Below, piece by piece: positions 44,676 to 61,631 of a stretch of 64,000 nucleotides of DNA. Under the pieces are notes generated by a model that was given only the letters and a program-made list of their open reading frames with translations, did no database searches and had not been told where the DNA came from. Each line of letters starts with the position of its first letter. Positions within the stretch are counted from its first letter, which is position 1. The translations under genes and the position numbers were made by a program. Source of the stretch: the human T2T-CHM13v2.0 reference genome, Homo sapiens; the NCBI RefSeq assembly GCF_009914755.1, contig NC_060935.1. One strand, written 5' to 3'.

Positions 44676-45162
44676 GCCTGACATCCCCCCAGCACCTGAC
44701 ACCCCCCAGCACCTGACATCCCCCAGCACGCAGCCTGACATCCCCCGGCACCCGACATCCCCCGGGGCACCTGGCACCCCCCGGCACCCGACACCCCCCA
44801 GCACCCGACACCCCCCAGCACCCGACAACCCCCAGCATCCGACACCCCCCAGCACCCGACATCCCCCCCAGCACCTGACACCCCCCAGCATCTGACATCC
44901 CCCAGCACCCGACACCCCCAGCACCTGACATCCCCCCAGCATCTGACATCCCCAAGCACCTGACATCCCCCAGCACTCAGCCTGACATCCCCCAGCACCC
45001 GATACCCCCAGCACCTGACATCCCCCCAGCACCTGACATCCCCCAGCACGCAGCCTGACATCCCCCCAGCACCCGACACCCCCAGCACCCGACATCCCCC
45101 CAGCACCCGACATCCCCCCAGCACCTGACATCCCCGAGCACTCAGCCTGACATCCCCCCAGC
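44676..45162. repeat. C-rich ~17-bp degenerate minisatellite
   Basis: Units such as CCCCCCAGCACCTGACAT / CCCCCAGCACCCGACA over ~490 bp. Confidence 0.9.
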
Positions 45163-46569
45163 AGGCAACACAGGCAGGAGGATGTCCCATCCCTTCCTGC
45201 TCCACCCACCCAGCTCCATGTTGTACAACTCATCTGAATGCGGCTGCTGGACCCTGAAATGTTCGCAGAATCAGCGCCGTGGACAATGACCAGGGGAGGG
45301 AAGTGGCTAAATCAGAGTCTCGCTGTGTCGCCCAGGCTGGAGGGCGGTGGCATCATCTTGGCTCACTGCCCTCCCGGGTTCAAGTGATTCGCCTGCCTCA
45401 GCCTCCCGAGTAGCTGGGATTACAGGCATCTGCCACCAGGCCTGGCTAATTTTGTATTTTTAGTAGAGATGGGGTTTCTCCACGTTGGTCAGGCTGGTCT
45501 CGGACTCCTGACCTCAGGTGATCCACCCGCCTCGGCCTCCCAAAGCGCTGGGATTACCGGCGTGAGCCACCACGCCCAGCGGGGTTTCTTACAATTGGAG
45601 AAGAAAGTTACAAAGGAACTAGCACAAACCCTGAGGTTCTGCACTGGAACTAGAGACACTGGGGCAAACTCATGGTTTTCAACACACACAGATTTGGAGC
45701 ACAAACACGCACACGTGCACATGAGAACATTTCTGACTTCTGCCCACCAAGGGCACCTGGGGACAGAGATCCAGGAGCCACATGCACACCTTGTACCAGG
45801 GGCAAGCGGTCGATGCGAACCCCAGCCCTCCTGGAGAAAAAGCTCTGATTTCAAGCATTTGCTGATTTCTTGGTATAAATACTTCACCAACACCCACCCC
45901 ACACTTTTTTTTTTTTTCCAGTTAATAGAGATGGGGTCTCCTTATGTTGCCCAGGCCGGTCTCAAACTCCTGGCCTCGGCCTCCTAAAGTGCTGGGATTA
46001 AACAGGTAAGCCACACGCCTGTAATCCAAGCACTTTGGGAGGCCAAAGCAGGCAGATCACAAGGTCAAGAGATCAAGACCATCCTGGCCAACACGGTGAA
46101 ACCCCATCTCTACTAAAAATACAAAAATTAGCCGGGCATGGTGGCGCGTGCCTGAAGTCTACACTCCAGCCTGGGCAACAGATCAAGACTCCATCTCAAA
46201 AAAAAAACAAAAAAAGGATGAGCCACCACGCCCAGCCCTGAGGTAAGCTTTAAAGATGGAAAGAGTTTAGATAGGCAAAAGAGAGAATAATGAAACAAGC
46301 AAATGAAAATGAAAAGGTAAGTTTTTCATGAACAAGTTTCTTGCGCTGTCTGTGACAGTGAAAAATGGAAAACATGCATTTGCCACCAGCAGGGGAGGGT
46401 TCAATCAATCATGTATTGATCATATGCACCCTTTAAAAAAGTATAATGATGGCTGGGCACGATGGCTCACGCCTGTAATCCCAGCACTTTGGGAGGCCAA
46501 GGCAGGTGGATCATGAGGTCAGGAGTTTGAGACCAGCCTGACCAGCATGGTGAAACCCCATCTCTACTA

Positions 46570-47004
<435 letters not shown>

Positions 47005-47261
47005 TTAAACGAAAAATCAAAGTTAGAATGCATTTACAGTGTATCGTCATTTTAAAGATTTAGGCCACATTTAGGCCTTGGTTTTTCTTTCTTTCACCAG
47101 ATACCGAATGTCTATGCCAGCTCTGGAGAGACCAAGACCTGCCACTGGGGAGTGTCTACCCTCAAGAGGACAACAGCAAACTCACCAGAAAGAACTTCAG
47201 GCTTCACAGGCCAACTGGTTTCTAGGGGCGTGCCCTGCTGCTGTACCAAAAGCAACTTCCA

Positions 47262-47350
47262 CAGCACACACATGAATGGACGTGGCTGTGTGTCAGTAAA
47301 ACTTTATTTACAAACATAGGCAGTGGGCCACACTTTACTAGCCACTGATC
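47262..47350. mobile_element. MER58A-like DNA transposon fragment
   Basis: GAATGGACGTGGCTGTGTGTCAGTAAAACTTTATTTACAAA matches the recalled MER58 core. Confidence 0.6.
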
Positions 47351-47415
47351 TAATGCATCAACAAAAACAACAAACCAAACCAAAATGAATCCCATTTCAC
47401 TTAGGAATTCTTTCA

Positions 47416-47655
<240 letters not shown>

Positions 47656-47927
47656 CTAAATATCACGCTGTATGGCTGCGCCATTCAGTACACATAGTAG
47701 CTTATGGCCACACGTGGCTACTGAGCCCCTGAAATGTGGTGATCCTGAATTGTTGACATAATAGGATTGGGGCTATATCAGGTGAAATAAAATAGATTAT
47801 AAAAATCAGGCCGGGCGCGGTGGCTCACGCCTGTAATCCCAGCACTTTGGGAGGCCAAGATGGGCGCATCACGAGGTCAGGGGATAGAGACCATCCTGGC
47901 TAACATGGTGAAACGCTGTCTCTACTA

Positions 47928-48256
<329 letters not shown>

Positions 48257-48466
48257 TCACAAGTAACCCACTACCGCACGCCAACCCCATCCACACTGCA
48301 CCGCCCACCTGACGTGGCTCACACGCTGTCCCCACCAACAAACGCCTGGTTCAAGGCCCCTCTCGAGGCACCCAGCAGCCTATGCAGCCCAATGTGGCGT
48401 CGGGGATGTGATGTCACAGACAGGGATATGCTGAGGACGCGTCAGGCAGGCACTGGAGCAGCTCAC

Positions 48467-48595
48467 CTGTGGCCCCTGCGAAGACGTCGCCCTGGGCCGG
48501 ACTCTCTGATATGACAGCAGTGGCCTCTACCGTGGACGCTCGGTCAAAGGTCAGTGCCCCCGAGGTCGTGATCTGTCCCGAGGGGGTCACGGTGA
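48467..48595 (-). CDS. DEAF1: DEAF1 exon 8
   Basis: ttccag|; [42 protein letters not shown]; G|gtgagc donor; 129 nt. Confidence 0.96.
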
Positions 48596-49718
48596 CTGGA
48601 AAGGCAGAAGCACATTTCACGCGGCCAGGCAGTGGCGCCCACGGCACACAGGTCCCGTGCCACCCACGGGCGCCAATCCTTGTGGGGGCCTGGGCTGAAG
48701 GGCGGGCAGTGGTAACTGTACCCTCCCATGTGAAGGACACGGGGGAAATCCCAGACCTTGGAGAAGACCTCACAGGAGAAAACCAGGATGGCCAGGATGG
48801 CAACTTGCCACTACCAATTGTTCGCTGTTTAAACTGTGAACCATGGAAATGTGCTGCCCAGCCAGAAAACAAACATAAAATAAAACTTTCAGTGATTTTT
48901 AAGTACTTCGTGGTTCGAATTAAGAAAAAATCTTTAATCCAAGCTGAAGGTAAAAAGCAGCCGTGTCCCACAGCAAGGCTGCCCTGTGTCCCACAGCAAG
49001 GCTGCCTCTCCAGCTCAAAAAAAAATCCTGGCGACAGATCTTGAGACTCTGCTGCTGTGGGACTCTTCCTGCACCCACCACCCAGGGCCTCAGGAAGGAG
49101 CTGACAGGGTGTTTTAGAAAGACCTTACTCTATAAATGCAAAAACCCAGACTTAGTTAACAAAAGCCTATTACAAAGACATTTTCTTCTATTGCTACCTC
49201 TCCCCATTTAAATCCTGTCTGTACAAAAAAATAAAAACATTAGCTGGGCATGGTGGCACGTGCCTGTGGTCCCAGCTACTTGGGAGGCTGAGGTGAGAGC
49301 AGTGCCTGAGCCTGGGAGGCCGAGGCTGCAGCGAGCCGGGATCCTGACGCCGCCCTCCAGCCCGGCCACAGAGAAAGACCCACAGAGCTCTCCGCAGCCC
49401 TCGTCCAGCGCACTGAGAATCCCTCACCAAGGACGCCCTTGTCAGGAAACGTCCCCTGAGCGTGTGCTGGGCACTCAGCCATGCTCACTCATACTAGGAA
49501 ACAGCCCAGGACAAGGCCAACAGTGTCCGGGTCCCAGGGAAGCAAGACCGAGCTGGGCACTGGGACACCCCTTCCCACCCGGGGGACGCACTGCAAAGGA
49601 GTGTGATGGCGTTGGAATCCCTCTGGCCACGCAATGTGCTTTAGGAGTGAGAATCCCGCAGTGGCCGTGGGAGTGGTGACGAGAGAAGGCAATGCACTCA
49701 GGTCCCCTCAGTAAACTA

Positions 49719-49898
<180 letters not shown>

Positions 49899-50118
49899 TC
49901 ATGTGTGCAAAAGCTATGCTGCGCTTGCAACTCCTCCTTAAGTGGGGGCACCGCGGGGTGTGTGAGTCACATGGTGAGACCACATTAAGATGGTAAGCGC
50001 CCCTAAAGATCCCACCTCTTTTTCTTTTTTGAGACGGAGTTTCACTCTAGCTGCCCACGCTGGAGTGCAGTGGCGCCATCTTGGCTTACTGCAACCTCCG
50101 CCTCCCAGGTTCAAGTGA

Positions 50119-50392
<274 letters not shown>

Positions 50393-50489
50393 TAGCCAGG
50401 ATGGTCTCGTTCTCCTGACCTCGTGATCTGCCCACCTCGGCCTCCCAAAGTGCTAGGATTACAGGCGTGAGCCACCACGCCCGGCCGAC

Positions 50490-52870
50490 TTTTTTTTTTA
50501 AATAATTTATATCTCTTCATTGACATTCTCCAGTGAGGAGACAGTGTCTTCAGACCTTCCATGCAATCTCTAGCTGTGGTTTCCTTCAGTCCTCTGAACA
50601 TACTGAGGATAGCCATTTTAAAGCTTTTTCCTGTTAACCCCAACATCCGGACCTCTCCAGGCAATTTCTGTTGCCTGCTTTCTTCCTGTGTATGGTCCAA
50701 GGCTCCTTGCATGTCTTATCATCTTTTGTTAAGAATCAGACACCGCAGGTGATACATTGTAGCAACAGTGGAAAGCAGTTCTCCTTTCTCTGGGATCCTT
50801 GCTGCTGTCAGCTTGTTTATTACTCAGGTACGGAGCTGGACTATCTTACTGAGCCTGTTCTCCTGGGGCGGCCTCGGCTGCTGCTCCTCTGAGGGCTCGG
50901 CCCTGGGTGGGGTGCAATCACCTTTGGTGGTGGGAGTTTTGGCTGTCGCTCTTCCTGATCTCTGTTAAGCTGTTGGTGTAGTCAAGTGTCAGAATCAACT
51001 AACTGCCAGCTGCCTGCTCCATTACTTTCAACAATGCCCTGGGGCACACACTGCTCCACTGTCTGAGCCAATTAAATTAGGGCTTCTTTACTGAGAGGTT
51101 CGATCTTGAAGGTCGGTTTCCCAGATGGGTTCTTCGCTGTGGCTTTCCTCGCCTCTCTGGTAAACCTGCTGACCTACAGTTTAGTTTCTTGCTCTAATGG
51201 AACTGCTGGCCTCCTCTTAACTGCTTACCATCAAAATGTCCATTCTTTTCCAGGGCACTTTTAGGCTTGAACATCCCCATACTGTTTCAAATCAAGTCAG
51301 TTCCTTTGGGAGGGGCTTTGGAGCTCTCTGTTCTTACGGCCTCTCTCTCTTTTGGGCTGAATGTCTGAGCCCCTACTATAGACCTAGAGGCAGGAACAGT
51401 GCCTGAGTCTATCAGAGGGAATTCTGTTGCATTAGCCGGGTTCTGTGTGGGGGGCAGCAGCCTCTCACTGCATGGACACCCCACCCTATGGGCAATGTGG
51501 GTTGATGGAAATTGGGGCTCCGTATGCTTGGCCTCCCATGCCTGGGTAAAGCCTCTGCCCTCTGAGTGGGGATGACTGAAGAGATTTTCAGTCACACTTC
51601 CCAGGAATTTACTGCAACTTAGAGCTGAAGGGGTTGAGAAATGCTGGTGGCCTGCCCCTCCCAGTGAGATACCATATCCCTTGACCGGGAACTGCAAGGA
51701 GTGGGAACCGTTTTCTTGGTCACAACCACCCACAATGGAGCCTCCACCATAGGGAGCTGGGGGCAGAAAGGGAGGGAAGGAGCTGGTCGTAGCTCAAACG
51801 TCACAATCCTCACTGCCCTTTCCAAGACTTACTACATTTTCTTGGATGTTTATTTGCTGTACTCCCCTAGGACAATTTCTGGAGACCTTAAGGGGTTATT
51901 TTTTCACAATTTTCACTAGTTATTTCTCTGGAGAGTTGGTCCACTGAGCTCATCACACCACCACTCCCCAAGCGGAAGCCAAAAGTTCTAAAATTTGATG
52001 AAGTCCAATCCAAGAAATCCTAGTTCTAACTCCAGGTCAGGAAGATTTTCCAATGTGTTTTCTCCTAAAAATGTTATAGTTTCACCTTTCACTTTAGATC
52101 GATGACCCATTTTGAATTCATTTTTGTACCAAGTGTGAAGTTTAGGTCATCCTTTGTCTCTGCTGATGAACGTCCTGTCACTCCAAGGCCATTTGCTGGA
52201 GTCTACTATGACACTCTAGTCTGACCCAGATCGTGGGGTCTCTCCCTCTGCCAGTGCCACACTATCTTGATTACTGTCACGAGCCCGTAAGTCTTAAGAC
52301 CCCGCAATGTGATTCCACCCATTTTAAACTTTTATTTCAAAACTGTTTTGGCTTTTTTGTTTCAAAACTGTTTTGGCTTTTTTATTTCCTTTACCTTTCT
52401 ATGCAAATTTTAGAATCAGCTTGTCTGCATCTAAAAAGAATCCTGCTGGGATTTTGATAGTCATTGTGTTAAACCTACGAATCAACTTGGGAAAAAGTCG
52501 CATCTTTACTGAGTCTTCTAATCCACGGGCGCAGGACGTCTTTTGACGTATTTCAATCTTCCCTGGTCTCTCTCTTCAGCATTTTCTTTAGTATCTTCCA
52601 CGTACAAACCCTGTACATGATTTCCTAGACTGACATCTAAGTACTTCAGTGTTGGAGCCCCTGCAAATGATCTACCTGCAGGCTCAACTGCCAATGGGAC
52701 CGACGTCTCCTCCCGGCTCCTTTACTCCTGCAGCGTCTCTAAGAGTCTCACCGACTGGCTTTTCCCAATCAACTTCAAAATTATTTTACGTTCACAAAAT
52801 TGTTTTTTCCACTAGAATCACATGAAATCTATATATCAACTACACAATTCTAGGATGTTTAGTGTTTCAC
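50490..52870 (-). mobile_element. Old L1 (L1M-type) remnant, antisense
   Basis: T-rich L1-like text, e.g. TTTGATGAAGTCCAAT, TTTTAGAATCAGCTTGTC, CTGCTGGGATTTTGATAG. Confidence 0.6.
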
Positions 52871-52975
52871 CCCAAGAACACGGTAGGTCTCTCCATGCTC
52901 TTTTTTTTTTTTTTTGAGGTGCAGTGGCTCACGCCTGTAATCTCAACACTTTGGGAGGCTGAGGCGGGCGGATCA

Positions 52976-53278
<303 letters not shown>

Positions 53279-53674
53279 TTAAAAGCTCTACACATGAATA
53301 AGTTTACAGTAGCATTTTTCTGACATGTTACAAAATGAGGAATATAAAATGGCATGCATACAAGGAAAAGCGTGTATGTTTAGTTTTAGAGTTAAGGCGG
53401 TGACATTATAACCGCTTTTCATTATTTAAGGTTTCCACAAATGTTCTTTGAGCAACATCTTGGGGGCCAACCATGTGTTCCCCATCGAGACATCAGGATT
53501 CACTGTGACGTATCAGGGAGGAGGGAACAGAGCAACCCAGGAGAAGTGAGGACAGTGTCTCTCTCCAAGGCAGAGGGCAGGAGGGAAACAGCCGAGAGGC
53601 CAAGGGCTGTGGGACCCACTCAGCCGCCCCCAGCCCCACCAAGTCATCCTGTTCCAGACACGCTGGCCACTTAC

Positions 53675-53740
53675 TAAGGTCATGTCGTCGCAGCAGGCAG
53701 CACAGGTGCAAGAGGCAGCGTGAGGGTTTAAGATCCCATC
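53675..53740 (-). CDS. DEAF1: DEAF1 exon 6 (Cys/His motif after SAND)
   Basis: ctcag|; [22 protein letters not shown]; |gtaag donor; 66 nt. Confidence 0.96.
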
Positions 53741-53853
53741 CTGAGATGTGAAAAGAACCACCATGCATTAGCAAGTCAGCCCCTAAATGTCAATCATTCA
53801 ATAATAGAAGATTTCAACCACTTTTACCACTTACCTACCATTCATAAATATAA

Positions 53854-54141
<288 letters not shown>

Positions 54142-54374
54142 TAAGCCACCGTGCCCAACCTCATAAAGATAAAAATTCTGCAAAATCAGGGCCGGGCATG
54201 GTGGCTCATGCCTGTAATCCCAGGACTTTGAGAGGCCGACGCAGGCAGACCACCTGAGCTCAGGAGCTGGAGACCAGCCTGGCCAACATGGTGAAACCTC
54301 GTGTCTGCTAAAAATACAAAAATTAGCTGGGCATGGTGGCGCATGCCCATAGTCCCAGCTACCTGGGAGGCTCA

Positions 54375-54470
<96 letters not shown>

Positions 54471-55370
54471 TCAAAAAAAAAAAAAATTGTGAGAAATCAG
54501 GTAATGCCCAGGCCAGGTGTGGTGGCTCACACATGTAATCCCAGCACTTTGGGAGGCCGAGGCGGGTGGCTCACTTAAGGTCAGAAGTTCAAGACCAACC
54601 TGACCAACATGGTTGGTCTCCATTAAAATACAAAAATTAGGCCGGGTATTGTGGCTCACGCCTGTAATCCCAGCACTTTGAGAGGCGAGGCAGGTGGCTC
54701 ACTTGAGGTCGGGAGTTCGAGACTAGCCTGGCCAGCGTGGTGAAACCCTGTCCCTATTAAAAAATACAAAAAAAATAGGCCGGGTATTGTGGCTCACACC
54801 TGTAATCCCAGCACTTTGGGAGGCCGAGGCAGGCAGATCACCTGAGGTCAGGACTTCAAGACCAGCCTGGCCAACATGGTGAAACCCCATCTCTACTGAA
54901 AATTAAAAAAAAAAAAAAAAAGCCAGGTGTGGTGGCGGGCACCTGTAATCCCAGCTACTCAGGAGGCTGAGGTGGGACAATCCTCTGAGCCTGGGAGGTG
55001 GAGGTTGCTGTGAGCCAAGATCAAGCCACTGCACTCCAGCCTGGGCAACAGGGTGAGACTCTGTCTCAAAAAAAAAAAAAAAAAACCACAAAAACAGTAA
55101 TTTCCAGAGCCTTCTCCTTTTCACAATGCCATTATTGGTGGCAGGACCTACCTCTTTCCTTTCAAGATTTGCAAAAGTCTCTACAGGAATTGCTTCCTTA
55201 ACAACACCCAAGGAGCTAAACTGGAATAGGAATTAGAAGTCCTCTTTTCTTAGTAGACTGACGAGAAGTTAGGTGACTTTGAAAGGGTCACACGCATTCA
55301 AACAGAAGCGATTATCTTAACTTCTACTGTTTTCATTTTTTGTGTATTTGACACGCCCCCTTTCTGCAGC

Positions 55371-55545
55371 TATTCTGTGCCAGGCGCTGTGACCTCATGC
55401 ACTTCTCCCAACAATCCTCACAGGGTCACGATCATCGTCATCCCCACGTGAAAGACCCGGAAACTGAAACATGAGAGGGTAAATCACTCGCCCAAGGCCA
55501 CACAGACAGCAGGTGGAGGCTGCAAACCCCATTTGTCTGACCCCG
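55371..55545 (-). mobile_element. MIR fragment (DEAF1 intron 5)
   Basis: ...CATCCCCAC...GGAAACTGAAACATGAGAGGGTAAATCACTCGCCCAAGGCCACACAG MIR core-like. Confidence 0.65.
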
Positions 55546-55579
55546 TGGTCTGTGCCCTCCCTCTGGCTGGGCCGCCTCA

Positions 55580-55792
<213 letters not shown>

Positions 55793-56582
55793 TCATGATG
55801 ATGGCAGGTGGGAACGTCACCTCTGCCATTGCCTACCTCCTGGCGCCTCCTCAACCCCTCCACCAGCACCAGCGCCCCAGCGGCTCATGTGATCTCACCC
55901 ACCCACATACTTGGCCCTGACAGGTCCACCACGGGTCTGCCTTTGCAGCCTGTGCCTCTGACCCCCTACGTGATCTCTCCACCCGCTGTCCACAGGCAGT
56001 GCAAGCTCAACCAGGTCCCACACTGAGCACCTCTGGTACCCACTTCCAGAGCCTTCATCTACAAGTCCCAAGCTAACCTGGCAACTTGAGGAACACGTCC
56101 CAGCCCTGCCTCCCTCCTGCTTCTTCTCGCTTGTCTCCTGTCCCGTGGGTCACGATGGCTTTTCACCCCCAGATGGTTCCTGGGCGCAGCCCTGTCCCGT
56201 GCCTCTCCCAGGCCTCAGCTCAGTTCACAGGAACTGGGTGTCACCTGCACCTTTTGTCTTGTTTTTTTGTTGTCGTTGTTGTTGAGACGGAGTCTCGCTC
56301 TGTCGCCCAGGATGGAGTGCAGTGGCGTGATCTCAGCTCACTGCAAGCTCTGCCTCCTGGGTTCACGCCATTCTCCTGCCTCAGCCTCCCGAGTAGCTGG
56401 GACTATGGGACTACAGGCGCCTGCCACCACGCTCCACTAATTTTTTGTATTTTTAGTAGAGACGGGTTTTCATCATGTTAGCCAGGATAGTCTCGATCTC
56501 CTGACCTCTGATCCACCCGCCTCGGCTTCCCAAAGTGCTGGTATTACAGGCATCAGCCACCGCGCCCAGCCCTGTCTTCTTA

Positions 56583-56897
<315 letters not shown>

Positions 56898-57106
56898 TCA
56901 GACACCACCTCCCCGGCAGCGCCACCTCCTTCAACGGCGGAAAAACTTCTTGGTCAGGAAAATTCCAATGCTTTTACTTAAAATCTATTAATAGATGATA
57001 TTCCAAATTTACCACAAAAAGAAACAAGTAAATAAATCCCTGAAATAAATTCTAGCTATTCTGAAACGTGTTTTGCCCGAGGCCTGGGGTGCAGGCACCG
57101 CTGTAC

Positions 57107-57236
57107 CTGGGGTGAGGGGAGCTGCCGGGCCTTTCAGCCCGGTGGTCTCCACGATGCTCCCATCTGTGTGGACGACAATCAGTGTCGCTTTTTCGGTGTT
57201 CAGGCTGTCCCCGATCTGAAGGGCCGTCCTACCAGA
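57107..57236 (-). CDS. DEAF1: DEAF1 exon 3
   Basis: ttctag|; [43 protein letters not shown]; G|gtacag donor; 130 nt. Confidence 0.95.
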
Positions 57237-57949
57237 CTAGAAGGAAAAACCGCTCCGTCAGGTCACGTCCGAGAGTGACACCAGGCGTGTCACTGAGCCC
57301 AGCTGGGCCGTCCTCCAGCAGGGCTCTCTGGCTGTTCTCACCAAGAAGGGACGCTCACCTAGGCACCCCATATCTTTTCCAAAGATACCTCTCAAAGACT
57401 TGAAAACAGAGCCAAGAACAAGAACAGACAATGCCGAAGTCTGTGTGGTGCTGAGGAAAATGCTTGCCATCATTTGTCAAAGGGAAGGAAGAAAGGTGCT
57501 CCACAAACAAGAAACACCCTCCCTTCCACCTGAGCCGCTCCCACAAGGTCACCGTCTTCATGCAGAGTTTCCAACAGACCGAGTTGGCCGCCACAGACAA
57601 GGCCTTGTGCAGGACCGCCCTCCAGACCTCCTTACAGATGGCAACTGGAGACCAGGGCCTCAAAACCACATTTCCACACTGGCTGAAGCTGCTGCAACTG
57701 CTGCCTGCTTCCAAAATCAGCCTTCAGGCGGCACAGACCCCGCCACAGGAAGCCAGAGTCTCCATGCCCACACACCACTGCTGGAACTTGAACCCTACCT
57801 TGGCCAAGTCATCCGGCAAACTCTGGCCTGCAGGCTCTGTTCACCCCACGGTGGGGCAGACCAGAGACTTCCAGGGGCCTCTCTGAACCCCATGTTTTGG
57901 GTGCCCCAAGGTTTTCATTCTGAATACAAAACCAACCGAGGCAAAGTGA

Positions 57950-58105
<156 letters not shown>

Positions 58106-59000
58106 TAAGTAGCTGGGACTACACACGCCCACCACCACACCAGGCTAATTTTTTGCATTTTTTTTTTTTAGTAGAGATGGGGTTTCACCGTGTTAGCCAG
58201 GATGGTCTCCATCTTCTGACCTCATGATCTGCCCATCTCGGCCTCCCAGAGTGCTGGGATTACAGGCAGGAGCCACCGCGCCCAGCTGACAACTGTTTCC
58301 TACATCTGAAAATGTCACTGTCAAATCAGAGCACTTGAGTAGAAGTTTATCATGGAGTGGAGGGACCCCCAACACACATGCCTGACGCCTGGGCTCACAC
58401 AGGGGGTCCTACTGCTGTGCCTGAGTCACCAAAGACCTGCAGCTCTTCACTGGAGAAAAGGAATGTCTTGTGTTTGTTTAAGAGTCACAGAGTATTTTTC
58501 TTAGGAAGGGAACACACAGTTATTTCAGACCGTGCCCCGCTTTGTTGTCAGTTTCCAAACAGGAACACACCAGTCTCTGGTCTTCCTGGCCTGGAGGGGA
58601 GAAAACCAGCCTCAGGCACTTGCAGGACACCCCCGCTCCATGACGTCAGCACGTTCCAGGCACCCACAGGTGCCTTGGGCTTCAGCCCCTCCTAGGAAAT
58701 GAGGAGGTGCCCAGACCCCACTGCCAGGAAGGAGCAGCCTGACTGAAAACACAGATCGCCACGTGGCCATGGGTCAGCTTGTGTGTGTTCTCACACCCAC
58801 CAGAAATAAGCCAAGTTTCTGGGCTGGGTGCGGTGGCTCATGCCTGTAATCCCAGCACATTGGGAGGCCGAGATGGTAGCTACCTGAGGTCAGGAGTTTG
58901 AGACTACCTGGACAACATGGGGAACCCAGGAGGTGGAGGTTGCAGTGAGATCACTCCACTGCACTCCAGTTTGGGCAACAGAGAAAGACTCTGTCAAAAA

Positions 59001-59248
59001 GGAAGGGGAGGGGAGGGGAGAGGAGGGGAGGGGAGGGCAGGAGAGGGGAGGGGAGGGCAGGGCAGGGGAGGGCAGGGGAGGGGAGGGGAGGGCAGGGCAG
59101 GGGAGGGGAGGGGAGGGGAGGGGAGGGCAGGGGAGGGGAGGGGAGGGCAGGGCAGGGGAGGGCAGGGGAGGGCAGGGGAGGGGAGGGGAGGAGAGGGCAG
59201 GGGAGGGCAGGGGAGGGGAGGGCAGGGGAGGGGAGGGCAGGGGAGGGG
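59001..59248. repeat. (GGGGA/GGGCA)n pentamer tract at an Alu tail
   Basis: About 50 G3-G4 pentamer units. Confidence 0.92.
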
Positions 59249-59387
59249 GTTTCCAAGTTTCTTATGTTTTTACTGAAGTCCTTCACAAGTTTTCTGTTTG
59301 CTGCCATTCTAACAATAACTGTGCTTTCAGGCCGGGTGTGGTGGCTCACACCTATAATCCTTATAATCCCAGCACTTTGGGAGGTCA

Positions 59388-59585
<198 letters not shown>

Positions 59586-60175
59586 CTAGGTGACAGAGCA
59601 AGACCCCGTCTCAAAAACAAAACAAACAAATAACCACTCTGCTTTCAGGTATATGGAGATGATGTCCCAGGTATGTGACCAAGGCTGAAAAGACTACAAG
59701 TAACAGGTGCCAATGGTCCCAGGGAAAATCCCTTTCTGGAGACTGGACCCACCCTGGCATCTGCCACTTGGAAACAAGGTTGCCTGCCCTGGTTGACCAG
59801 ATGTCCCCAGATCGCCGAAGGCCCCACACATAAAACATAAAATAAGCTGATAAAACATGATCACAAAAGGGCTCTGAAGGTGGCACAGACACTATCTGAA
59901 ATGCAACTGGCTTTCAGCAGTTTTCTAAGTAGACAGCAGTCAGGCGTGGGAGACTGCACCATAAATGCTACGAGAACAGGATATGGGGGAGGGAAACGCC
60001 TTGCTTCTTTCAGCTGGCCCTGCAGCTATAGGATAAGGAGCACAGGCAGGGCCGGGCCTCAGGCAGAGGCTGAACTGTGGCCGGACAGCAGCCTGCTGGG
60101 AGTCCCTGCCCAACGCAGGCCACAAGCCCATCTGACAGGTGTGGCTCTTCACCTGGCCTTCCGAGGCAGCTTCTA

Positions 60176-60625
<450 letters not shown>

Positions 60626-61409
60626 CTATTCCATTGTCTAAGTCATTCGGCTCTTCCAGGAAAAAGAGAGGAAATCTATTCTTCCCCAGTAAAGCCTTTT
60701 ACGTGCAGTAAAAAATGCATACAACAAACCCGCCACCCCAGCCAGCCCCAGCTCTATCAAACCACCACGGGGCTTCTATCTCCTTCTGCGGCACAGCTGT
60801 GGGTTCTGCTGGTCAGGTGTGCCCTATGCCTACGAGGAGCTCTCGGCCTCCCCGCAGGTGAGGACACCTCCTGGACCCACTCTTGTAGCTCCATTCCTGC
60901 CTCTCCTCCACCGCAGGGGTCAGGCCACCATCGTCAGGTGACCTCGGCCCCATGCTCACAGCCATTGCCCTTGGTCTCTGACCCCTTCCTCCTAAAAAGT
61001 ACATCTAACCTGCCTATGTCCCTTGGTGCCACCCCACCGCACCCCCTACAACATGGAACTCAGCCCCCTGGCATGCAGACAGGCCCTTCAGCAGCATCTG
61101 CACACAGGGCAGTTACCACAGAGGTCAGCTGCACCCCACCTCCTGCCCCTGTCATCCCAGATAGGTCCTGCAGCTCCAGCCTCTACATGCTGGAGTGTTT
61201 CTAGAGAAACACTTTCTGCCGCCAACACCCCCACACCCTCCTCTCTGCCTCTGCAAAGTCTTCCTGTGATGCTCCTAGGCCAAGCAAGTGGCTCTTCTGT
61301 CACCCAGAGTTCTAGAATGTCCTGTGTCCAGGGCAATCTCTGGCACACAGCAGATGCTTAAAAGATACTGGTTGAATGAGTCCTGACCATACCATTAACC
61401 CAGCACTCA

Positions 61410-61631
<222 letters not shown>

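Noticed and set aside
44453-45233. Gly/Cys-rich repetitive ORFs (keratin-associated-like) and RGG-rich ORFs at 58917-59415
   Set aside because: Translations of simple G-rich tandem repeats running into Alus
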